The notes under the pieces: model-generated | Seen by the model: only the letters and a program-made list of their open reading frames with translations | Database searches by the model: none | Told to the model about the DNA's origin: nothing | Made by a program: the position numbers and the translations under genes | Shown here: piece by piece, positions 28,319 through 35,245 of the stretch | Numbering within the stretch: position 1 is the first letter of the stretch | Layout: every line of letters begins with the position of its first letter | Source of the DNA: a virus | Taxonomy: Duplodnaviria; Caudoviricetes | Strand: one strand, 5' to 3' | Length of the DNA: 53,714 bases | IMG/VR virus record: IMGVR_UViG_3300030380_002666 | Coordinates: 1 to 53,714 of that record

Positions 28319-28963
28319 TTACTGTTTTTTATTGTACTCTTTAATAAATTCTACTACTGCTTCGTATGTGTCATCTATAGGCAACCCTATTTCCAATACA
28401 TCAAAGTCTAAATCATCCTCCTTAATCTTGTGTACCACTTTATCTAGCCAATCCCAAGAGGTGTGATATTTAAGTTTTTTGTAGGGTATTACAATTTTTT
28501 GTGGCATATATAAAATTGAATTTTTATTAAACCCCCAATCTATTTTATGACCCATAAATTCTGCTATTAATTTGTTACTCTCCATTGTTTTTTTGTTATA
28601 CTCTTTAATAAATTCTACTATTATGGAATAAACTGATTCAATATCTACACACAATAAAGCGTGTTTTAATTCATCTAATTCTTGAGGTTCTTCGCATAAT
28701 TTTCTAATCTTTTCAATTACAGGCATTTTCCCTCCCATTAGCAAATCCCAAGAGGTGTGATAACTAGACTCTTCCATACACAAATCACATCCGCTTATAA
28801 TTCCTTCATCAATCTCTGTTTGCACTTCTTCCATTGCATCTTCAACTGTTTTACAGATATTTCCTGATGTTGGTAATTCTTTATCTAACTCATATTCAAA
28901 TGGCACATTAACCCTTATGGTATTATTACCCATAAACTCTGCTATTAATTTGTTACTTTCCAT
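28319..28963 (-). CDS. MESNKLIAEFMG-family tandem two-domain protein
   Basis: Two complete units joined in frame at YNKKT-MESNKL (second ATG at 28585); start reassigned to 28963. Confidence 0.75.
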   Translation of the reverse strand: MESNKLIAEFMGNNTIRVNVPFEYELDKELPTSGNICKTVEDAMEEVQTEIDEGIISGCDLCMEESSYHTSWDLLMGGKMPVIEKIRKLCEEPQELDELKHALLCVDIESVYSIIVEFIKEYNKKTMESNKLIAEFMGHKIDWGFNKNSILYMPQKIVIPYKKLKYHTSWDWLDKVVHKIKEDDLDFDVLEIGLPIDDTYEAVVEFIKEYNKKQ

Positions 28964-28970
28964 TGTTATT

Positions 28971-29168
28971 TTATTCTTCTTTATCATTATAAATAAATTC
29001 ATCATTTAAAGATTGGTGTAGTTTTTCAACTATTGGCGCTGTTTTCCATAATATACTTTTATCAGCACCCCATTGTGACCAACTATCATGATTTGAAATA
29101 CAAAATTCTACTTCTTTTTCTTGTTCATTATCAATAATTGTGATAGTTCCTTTAATATAAATTTCCAT
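28971..29168 (-). CDS. Hypothetical protein flanked by junction repeats
   Basis: Start MEIYIKG at 29168 lies within the repeat AACAAAAAACAGTAACAATGGAAA. Confidence 0.6.
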   Translation of the reverse strand: MEIYIKGTITIIDNEQEKEVEFCISNHDSWSQWGADKSILWKTAPIVEKLHQSLNDEFIYNDKEE

Positions 29169-29187
29169 TGTTACTGTTTTTTGTTTA

Positions 29188-29925
29188 TTAATAAATACAA
29201 GGGTCATCGTGTACATATATGCTAACTTCCCACTCTCCTTCTTTTATATTATCCTCCAACCACTCTTGATCGACATACCTCGTTTCATGGGTGTCGTGAT
29301 TGTACAATTCAGTGTCGCCATATCTGAAGTCTACTGAAACTCCGTCTTTGTATAGACTGCAATCAACAAAGCCACTGAGATGACCCTCCAATTTGAACAG
29401 ACGAACGTCTGAGTATCCACCCCTCACGTCAGCACCTAAATGTAACTGTAGTAAGACATACGGCTCGTCGGCTATAGTCAGAAATCTACCTTGAAAAATA
29501 TGGTCTGTGTTATAATCTCCGTTGTAGGTATTCCACTGTTCGCCTTTGAATTCTGAATAAGAAGATGCATAATAGTAAAAGTCTTTGTCCAATTCGACAC
29601 CGTCGCATTTCCAACCAAGTACTGCATCGTAAATATCTACCCATTCAACATCTGACACCCAATGAATATTTTCCTCTCGTAGTCTTTCGTTCACTGCCTC
29701 ACATATCTCGTCGTTGTCTAATACTTGCTTGAAGTAGTGATACGTATTTACAGTCACATACTCGAACTTGCCGTCCCAAAACTCAATCTTGCCCTCGTCC
29801 TCCTCCTCAAAGTTTCGTACCTGGTTTTTCTGCCACTGCCTACCATCAGTGCCACCACTGTCTAAGAAATGTTTTCCCGTGTTCTCTGTGAACAAGTCTT
29901 GTAATATTGATTCTATTGTCTCCAT
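29188..29925 (-). CDS. Conserved phage hypothetical protein (acidic)
   Basis: ENTGKHFLDSGG..GRQWQ and LQLHLGADVRGGYSD. Confidence 0.65.
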   Translation of the reverse strand: METIESILQDLFTENTGKHFLDSGGTDGRQWQKNQVRNFEEEDEGKIEFWDGKFEYVTVNTYHYFKQVLDNDEICEAVNERLREENIHWVSDVEWVDIYDAVLGWKCDGVELDKDFYYYASSYSEFKGEQWNTYNGDYNTDHIFQGRFLTIADEPYVLLQLHLGADVRGGYSDVRLFKLEGHLSGFVDCSLYKDGVSVDFRYGDTELYNHDTHETRYVDQEWLEDNIKEGEWEVSIYVHDDPCIY

Positions 29926-30088
29926 AACTCTAAAATTTGTTTGTGATGTTGTTATATATTTTAATTAATAATGTAATATGTTCTTCCCAATTATCGCCAT
30001 ATTGTTCATTTGCTACTAAAAAATCAATTATTTCTTGTAGTAATTCTAGTTTTTCATTTGTTTCCATAACTCTAAAATTTGTTTGTGA
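29921..30088. repeat. 26-bp direct repeat, two copies (29921-29946, 30063-30088)
   Basis: TCCATAACTCTAAAATTTGTTTGTGA twice; on the minus strand it encodes TNKF*-AGTT-ATGGA. Confidence 0.9.
29930..30067 (-). CDS. Small hypothetical protein (45 aa; not in ORF track) between 26-bp direct repeats
   Basis: Read by hand: METNEKLELLQEII...NNITNKF*. Confidence 0.6.
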   Translation of the reverse strand: METNEKLELLQEIIDFLVANEQYGDNWEEHITLLIKIYNNITNKF

Positions 30089-30329
30089 ATTTATGTAATT
30101 CTGGAATGATATGATTCCTCAGGTCGTCGGCTCTCTCGTATGCCGTTGGGTTTGTGATTGCATACTTCAACTCTCTAATAGTATCGACGTACTCCTCGCC
30201 CGCCACTAGCTCCAATTCCTTGAAAGCTGCATCCTCTATCTCTATTAGCCATTCGTCGCTCAATAATCCTATTCGGTTCGCCTCACAAGCCATCATTAAC
30301 TCGTCGGCTTTTCTGATTAATTCGTTCAT
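30072..30329 (-). CDS. Hypothetical protein
   Basis: ATGA overlap; ends TNKF*. Confidence 0.65.
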   Translation of the reverse strand: MNELIRKADELMMACEANRIGLLSDEWLIEIEDAAFKELELVAGEEYVDTIRELKYAITNPTAYERADDLRNHIIPELHKFTNKF

Positions 30330-30490
30330 GATAAATCGTTTTTGTTGTCAAGTAATACAGTTAGAAATGCCGTTGCCCATACGGGAACAAGACACATCGA
30401 TATCCACTGCCATAAAATTAAATTCTCACTTAGTGAGATAAAGAATAACGTCCATATTGCAATGAACGTCAATGTTAATAATGTTTTCAT
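30326..30490 (-). CDS. Small two-TM membrane protein (54 aa)
   Basis: MKTLLTLTFIAIW... has two hydrophobic segments. The longer ORF-track version simply translates the GTC tract. Confidence 0.55.
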   Translation of the reverse strand: MKTLLTLTFIAIWTLFFISLSENLILWQWISMCLVPVWATAFLTVLLDNKNDLS

Positions 30491-30504
30491 AAAATATTTT
30501 AATT

Positions 30505-30579
30505 TATGTCGTCGTCGTACACGTCGTACACGTCGTCGTCGTTGTCGTCGTCGTACACGTCGTCCACGGCACGGACATA
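30505..30579. repeat. GC-rich (GTC)n/GTACAC tandem tract bounded by the TATGTC...GACATA inverted repeat
   Basis: Read directly: ATGTCGTCGTCGTACACGTCGTACACGTCGTCGTCGTTGTCGTCGTCGTACACGTCGTCCACGGCACGGACAT. Confidence 0.95.
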
Positions 30580-30587
30580 GTGAACAC

Positions 30588-30620
30588 AAAAAAAAAACTA
30601 GGAGATCGTTTCCAATCTCC
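30588..30620 (-). terminator. Intrinsic terminator after the first early gene
   Basis: Minus strand GGAGATTG-GAAA-CGATCTCC-TAG-T10. Confidence 0.8.
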
Positions 30621-30630
30621 ATTATCGTTT

Positions 30631-31257
30631 TTACTTTGAGTAAACTTCAGACTTACTTTTGTTGATAAGTTTATCAAATTTTGATTCGTCGTATTTTTTC
30701 ATCATTTGAATCAATACTTGAATAACTGCGTCGTCTTGAAATTCAGCTCCAAATATTTTTTCACCTACTTTGTTGATGACTTTCTTTTGTGCGTTTTTAC
30801 GTTCGCCTACAGGTTTTGGAGGCTCGTTGTTTACTTCGGTTTCCGAAGTGTTTTTTAGCTTTAAGATATGGTTACCGATTTTTTCATAATTAGTAGTGTC
30901 TAATTCTTTTGACAGCTCAAAAATTTCATCATTTGAGTAATCTTTAAAATTTTTGCCGTGTCTTAAGTGTGCCATAATTGTAGTATGTTTGTACACTTTA
31001 CAAATAAATTCACGAACAAACGCTGAAAAATAATCCTTTGTGTACCCTCTATCCTTCAATTCAGTTTTGATAGACTTTGCGTTCTTGTCGTATTGGTTTT
31101 TAATGTTAAGTGTCAATCGACATAATTCAATGTTATACTCTAAGCCTTTGTTGGCCGTGTCTAATGCTGCATTTGCAGTAGGTACATAATTTTTGTTTGA
31201 CGTTTTAATTGCATTAGCGAATTTAACGCCTTCTGTTTGATGTGTTGCATTTTTCAT
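30631..31257 (-). CDS. First gene of the minus-strand arm; basic hypothetical protein, candidate regulator
   Basis: 208 aa, K/N-rich, with its own promoter and terminator; no family recognised. Confidence 0.6.
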   Translation of the reverse strand: MKNATHQTEGVKFANAIKTSNKNYVPTANAALDTANKGLEYNIELCRLTLNIKNQYDKNAKSIKTELKDRGYTKDYFSAFVREFICKVYKHTTIMAHLRHGKNFKDYSNDEIFELSKELDTTNYEKIGNHILKLKNTSETEVNNEPPKPVGERKNAQKKVINKVGEKIFGAEFQDDAVIQVLIQMMKKYDESKFDKLINKSKSEVYSK

Positions 31258-31472
31258 TTTGATTATATTTTTACTTCGGTTTCCGAAGTGTTTGTGGGTA
31301 ATATTACCCTAATTGTATAATACAAATATACATCATTATATAATACTATGCAAGTATTAGAGCAAAAAAATACACAAAAAATACACTTTTTTTTATCTAC
31401 TATATGTTTACAGTTTAATGGTTAGTGTTTGGGTGTTGTGTAAGGCATCGAAGTACTTCGGACTCCGAAGTA
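30831..31472. promoter_or_regulatory. Three palindromes ACTTCGG-N3-CCGAAGT (about 30833, 31273, 31455)
   Basis: TTACTTCGGTTTCCGAAGTGTTT is identical at 30831-30853 and 31271-31293; TACTTCGGACTCCGAAGTA at 31454-31472. Confidence 0.7.
31323..31354 (-). promoter_or_regulatory. Bacteroidota sigma-type promoter for the early arm
   Basis: Minus strand TTG (31353-31351), a 20-nt spacer, then TATATTTG (31330-31323), matching the -33 TTG / -7 TAnnTTTG consensus. Confidence 0.65.
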
Positions 31473-31818
31473 TTTATACATACCCTTATACGTTTGCAAA
31501 ACGACACACCTATTACACATTTGAAACAGTCGAACCATAATGAAACAACCATATTAAAATGCTAAAAAATTTCAGATGTGACATCATATTATGATACCCC
31601 ATATGTTTAAAAAATCAACTTTTTTTTTTAGGGCTTGATCCGTCGCATGTTATATAACCCAAAATCTCAGCATATGAAATCGACGTAACATATATACTTT
31701 TTTATAATACGTTCACTAAAAATGCATATAAGTTTTTATAATATGTTTTATAAACTTATTAAAAACGTCAATAATCGTCGTTACTGTACCGAAAAAATGT
31801 CAAAGAAGTAACTGATAA

Positions 31819-31918
31819 TCAATTAACTGTCAATTATGTCGATTTTTCCTCGTAAGAAGTATAAGTAAATAATAAAAGAAGAGTAATATATATATAGAGT
31901 ATATAGAGAAAATTTCGT
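31819..31918. repeat. ~100-bp non-coding element, copy 2 (homologous to 17032-17135)
   Basis: Same alignment as copy 1, in the same orientation. Confidence 0.8.
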
Positions 31919-31925
31919 ATTTTTG
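31918..31925 (+). promoter_or_regulatory. -7 promoter element TATTTTTG
   Basis: TAnnTTTG 40 nt upstream of the first plus-strand gene. Confidence 0.45.
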
Positions 31926-31965
31926 TCATGATACTTTTTTTCATCACGCATAAATTTTTTTTACT

Positions 31966-32256
31966 ATGCAAAAGTTTTTATCTATTCCTATCACAGGGGC
32001 AACAAATCAGCTAGTTGCTGTCAATGGTATTGTGTTAATTCAAGAAGCAGTTGCTAACACTGTTACAATCCATTACGCAAATCCAGCAGCAGCACAAGAT
32101 GTTGTAACGCTTACTTGTAGTGGGTCTACAGGTACTGCGGCTCGTGACTTGATTCAGAATGCAGTTGTTGAGGCTTTACAAACTGCTTGGACTAAACCAA
32201 GTTATGAAGTTAACTTAGGTGCTACTGTTACTGTTACTGGCATTGCAATCGCTTAG
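31966..32256 (+). CDS. Small Ala/Thr/Val-rich protein, probable virion structural protein
   Basis: Beta-rich composition; followed by its own terminator. Confidence 0.55.
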   Translation: MQKFLSIPITGATNQLVAVNGIVLIQEAVANTVTIHYANPAAAQDVVTLTCSGSTGTAARDLIQNAVVEALQTAWTKPSYEVNLGATVTVTGIAIA

Positions 32257-32272
32257 GTTTTTAAAAAAAATT

Positions 32273-32304
32273 GTGGCTCATCTTTGCGATGGGTCACTTT
32301 TTTT
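32273..32304 (+). terminator. Intrinsic terminator
   Basis: GTGGCTCATC-TTTGC-GATGGGTCAC-T7, with G-U pairs. Confidence 0.75.
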
Positions 32305-32305
32305 A

Positions 32306-32313
32306 TATATTTG
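32306..32313 (+). promoter_or_regulatory. -7 promoter element TATATTTG upstream of groEL
   Basis: TAnnTTTG immediately after the terminator. Confidence 0.6.
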
Positions 32314-32329
32314 TGTCAAATACAATTCA

Positions 32330-33916
32330 ATGATACTATTTGACGCTGAAGCAAGGAGTAAGCTAATTGAGGGCATAACACTAATGTCTAAGGCTGTAAA
32401 AAGCACACTAGGACCGAAGGGTGGCACGGCTCTCATACAATCCAACAAGCACTTAGGGGGTATGACGGTAACAAAGGACGGGGTGACAGTAGCTCGGTCT
32501 ATATCGTTTGATGATCCAATTATGAACTTGGCAGTTCGCATTATGCGAGAGGCTGCTGAGAGAACGGCTAGTATAGCTGGTGATGGTACGACCACATCGA
32601 TTGTACTAGCTGAGAAGCTGGCTGTGTTGGGTGATGAGCTGTGTAATGGTTTAAATGTTACTGAGTTCTTGCGTTTGCTTGACGCTGAGACGGAGCGGAT
32701 CATAGAGATGCTTGACAGTGACAGTGCTAAGGTAACGAGTGACGTACTCTACCACGTTGCTACGATATCGTCAAATAACGACCCTAAGATAGGAGACATA
32801 ATCGGCAAGGTCTATGAGGCTGTAGGCTCTAATGGTATTGTTACTGTTGAGAGGTCGCAGACTCACGAGACTACATACGAGGTTACAAATGGACTGAAGT
32901 TGGACCGGGGATACTCATCTCCGATGTTCATAAACGACCATAAGCGTGACGAGTGCATCCTTGAGGATGTAAAGGTCTTGGTATGTGACGCTGAGATAGG
33001 AAATATCTTAGACATTGAGAAGGTATTGAAACCAATTATCAACAATCGTGAGAAGTTGTTAATCATAGCACCATGTAGCGTAAATGTTGTGAATACATTG
33101 TCTGCAAATGTGTTAAAGAACGGACTCAAGCTATGCAGTGTCCCTCCTCCATCCTTTGGTTACCGACAGCATGAGCTGATGCAAGACATTGCGTTATCAG
33201 TTGGTGCTACCTACTTCTCTGAGAAGACAGGTGATGACCTAAGCCTAATTGACTATGATGACCTTGGCGATGCCAAGAAGGTGATCGTTAGCAAGGACAA
33301 TACAATTTTGGTAAAGGACGGTTCGGTTCGCAAAGATGTGGACGAGAGGATAGAGCAGTTGTGGGAGCAGCACAAGTTGCTTGAGAATGAGAGTGAGAAA
33401 GATTTTGTCCTTTCTCGTATTGCTTCACTATCCGGTGGTATTGGTGTCATCTATGTTGGTGGTAACACTGACATGGAGCAAAAAGAACTATTCGACAGAG
33501 TTGATGATGCAGTATGTGCGGTACGTGCTGCTCTCTCTGACGGCATATTACCTGGGGGTGGTGTGGCATTGCACAACCTATCCTTTCAGTACGCTCTTTG
33601 TGACGAGGAGTTTACTGTAGAGAAGAAGGCTGTGTACAAGCTTTTGCGTGAGGTACTCCGAGAGCCTATGGCTACTATGTTTCGAAACAGTGAGCTAAAG
33701 TATTCGCCTGATGTCACGCCCAAAGGGAGGGGGCTTGACTTGAAGACGGGTGCTTATGGTGACATGATTGAAATGGGTATAGTAGATCCTACTATGGTTA
33801 CGAAGAGTGCTTTGCGTAATGCTGTATCTGTTGCAAGTACTATTTTATCCACGAAGACAGTTGTCCTTGATGACACGACACCATCGAATGTAATCACATC
33901 AGCAAGAAAGATATGA
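32330..33916 (+). CDS. groEL: Chaperonin GroEL
   Basis: STLGPKG, VTKDGVTVA, AGDGTTT, DRGYSSP, GILPGGG and GIVDP; start reassigned to ATG 32330. Confidence 0.96.
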   Translation: MILFDAEARSKLIEGITLMSKAVKSTLGPKGGTALIQSNKHLGGMTVTKDGVTVARSISFDDPIMNLAVRIMREAAERTASIAGDGTTTSIVLAEKLAVLGDELCNGLNVTEFLRLLDAETERIIEMLDSDSAKVTSDVLYHVATISSNNDPKIGDIIGKVYEAVGSNGIVTVERSQTHETTYEVTNGLKLDRGYSSPMFINDHKRDECILEDVKVLVCDAEIGNILDIEKVLKPIINNREKLLIIAPCSVNVVNTLSANVLKNGLKLCSVPPPSFGYRQHELMQDIALSVGATYFSEKTGDDLSLIDYDDLGDAKKVIVSKDNTILVKDGSVRKDVDERIEQLWEQHKLLENESEKDFVLSRIASLSGGIGVIYVGGNTDMEQKELFDRVDDAVCAVRAALSDGILPGGGVALHNLSFQYALCDEEFTVEKKAVYKLLREVLREPMATMFRNSELKYSPDVTPKGRGLDLKTGAYGDMIEMGIVDPTMVTKSALRNAVSVASTILSTKTVVLDDTTPSNVITSARKI

Positions 33917-34173
33917 AGCCAATAGGGAAACATATAGTTGTAAAAAAAATCGACGAGGAGGTAAAAACCTCCTCTGGTCTATTGCTATCCAGCAAAGACA
34001 TTGGGGACATGCGTTACGCTAAAGCCAAGGCAATAAAGGTTGGCACTGACGTGTCGGTCATCAATGATGGTGATGAGTTGTACTACGACAAGTCTCGTAG
34101 TTACTCAATGGTGATAGAGAACGAGAGCTACACTATTATTTCTGAAGGTGATGTGGTGGTCGTCCTTTGTTGA
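33913..34173 (+). CDS. groES: Co-chaperonin GroES
   Basis: MKPIGKHIVV, mobile loop KTSSGLLL and KVG...GD; ATGA-coupled to groEL. Confidence 0.92.
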   Translation: MKPIGKHIVVKKIDEEVKTSSGLLLSSKDIGDMRYAKAKAIKVGTDVSVINDGDELYYDKSRSYSMVIENESYTIISEGDVVVVLC

Positions 34174-34561
34174 TCCTTTTTATTTCGTTTCTGTACACTT
34201 TATCCACGTAATTTACCTTTTTACCAAACAAAGGGTTACCGGATTCTGTTGTTGGAAATCGTCCACCTTCTAATTTCTCGTATACTGAGGCAATCATTCC
34301 TTTTGACTTGTATGACAGCTCATACAAAGCTCTTAATCTTCCTTCTTTTTTGCGATATATGACAATGTAGCCTTTTTGTATCATTTCAAAGAAGCGATTT
34401 TTGTTCCAGCTCATCAATTCTTCGTATTGTTTAAATACATCTTTGCTAAATCGCCCTTCATCATAGAGAAATAGTAGCATTTCTAGCTCTGGAAGTCCAA
34501 TGTTATACTTTTTTTTCACGAAATAGCGTACAACACGCCAATGTTTGAGATAATTTTTCAT
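34136..34561 (-). CDS. Probable winged-helix DNA-binding protein
   Basis: ELEMLLFLYDEG..., GYIVIYR...LYELSYKSK resembles a wHTH wing; lone minus-strand gene in the late arm. Confidence 0.55.
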   Translation of the reverse strand: MKNYLKHWRVVRYFVKKKYNIGLPELEMLLFLYDEGRFSKDVFKQYEELMSWNKNRFFEMIQKGYIVIYRKKEGRLRALYELSYKSKGMIASVYEKLEGGRFPTTESGNPLFGKKVNYVDKVYRNEIKRINKGRPPHHLQK

Positions 34562-34576
34562 ATAATTAAATTTTAT

Positions 34577-34596
34577 TAACTTTGTAAGCAAAGATA
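34577..34596. promoter_or_regulatory. Opposed -7 elements: TAACTTTG (+, 34577-34584) and TATCTTTG (-, 34596-34589)
   Basis: Both match TAnnTTTG within the 41-bp divergent gap. Confidence 0.7.
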
Positions 34597-34602
34597 ACAA
34601 TT

Positions 34603-34830
34603 ATGAGCAAGAAGGAAAGTAAAAAAAAGGAGAGTGATAAAGACGAGCAGCATAATTTTAATAATAGCTTTGCTAAAGTAATGCTTGATCTTCAAGAAAA
34701 ACAAGATAATATTAGATCTAAGTTGACAAGTATGTATGGTCGAACTAGTTCTAAGACAAAAAAAACTAAAAAAGCTAAAAATAAATTAAACCTTTATCCT
34801 TTAGGAAGTAAAAACCCAATGGACAAGTAA
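34603..34830 (+). CDS. Small basic protein
   Basis: K-rich, 75 aa. Confidence 0.6.
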   Translation: MSKKESKKKESDKDEQHNFNNSFAKVMLDLQEKQDNIRSKLTSMYGRTSSKTKKTKKAKNKLNLYPLGSKNPMDK

Positions 34831-34985
34831 TGGCAAAGCGTAAAAAAAAGAAAAACAAGATTTGTCCAGCAGGTATAGCTTGGGCAAAGAGAACATTTGA
34901 CAGATACCCAAGTGCGTATGCGAACATGGCAGCTAGTAAGTACTGCAAGGATCCGAACTACGCCAAGGGTAAAAAGAAGAAGTGA
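34830..34985 (+). CDS. Small basic protein (51 aa; not in ORF track)
   Basis: MAKRKKKKNKICPAG...YPSAYAN...KGKKKK*; 1-nt overlaps on both sides. Confidence 0.7.
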   Translation: MAKRKKKKNKICPAGIAWAKRTFDRYPSAYANMAASKYCKDPNYAKGKKKK

Positions 34986-35245
34986 TGGGAGAGCTTAAAA
35001 AATGGCGAGAAGAGAAATGGGTGCGTATAGGTACAGATGGATCTATAAAGGGTGCGTGTGGTACTAGTAAGAATAAGAAGAACCCAGATCGTTGTTTGCC
35101 ATTAAAGAAAGCTCGCAGTATGAGTAAAGCAGATAGAGCGGCTACAGCTAGACGCAAGAAAAGTAAGGGTGGTAGTAAGAAGCAATTTGTTAGCAACACT
35201 AAAAAAGGTCGTGTAACTAAAAAATATACTAAGCGTGGCAAATAA
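34985..35245 (+). CDS. Small basic Cys-containing conserved phage protein
   Basis: LKKWREEKWV...CG...CLP; TGATG overlap. Confidence 0.7.
   Translation: MGELKKWREEKWVRIGTDGSIKGACGTSKNKKNPDRCLPLKKARSMSKADRAATARRKKSKGGSKKQFVSNTKKGRVTKKYTKRGK

Larger units (their letters stand above)
24734..29185 (-). repeat. Dispersed direct gene-junction repeat family, 8 full or partial copies
   Basis: Minus-strand consensus GTAGTAGAATTTATTAAAGAGTATAACAAAAAACAGTAACAATGGARAGTAACAAATTAATAGCAGARTTTATGGGT. Pieces at about 24734-24778, 24986-25007, 25352-25407, 28034-28077, 28281-28360, 28550-28620, 28928-28970 and 29162-29185. Confidence 0.92.

Noticed and set aside
25352-28963. 36-bp near-identical repeats as a CRISPR array
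   Set aside because: The repeats are protein-coding starts, the spacing is hundreds to thousands of bp and irregular, and no cas genes are present.
24818-28963. Diversity-generating retroelement
   Set aside because: No reverse transcriptase in the window. The variable segments differ in length and are unalignable, rather than being adenine-specific variants of a template.
24734-30088. Shufflon or true integron
   Set aside because: All repeats are direct, there is no attC-like hairpin, and no tyrosine or serine recombinase is seen in the window.
30504-30578. Classical thr attenuator
   Set aside because: The terminator lies upstream of the Thr-rich mini-ORF, no downstream terminator/antiterminator pair is visible, and there are no amino-acid biosynthesis genes. 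Kept only as a weak hypothesis.
30491-30622. Arg-rich N-terminal extension of ORF 30326-30622 and the opposite ORF 30342-30665
   Set aside because: Both merely translate the GTC tract and run through a terminator.
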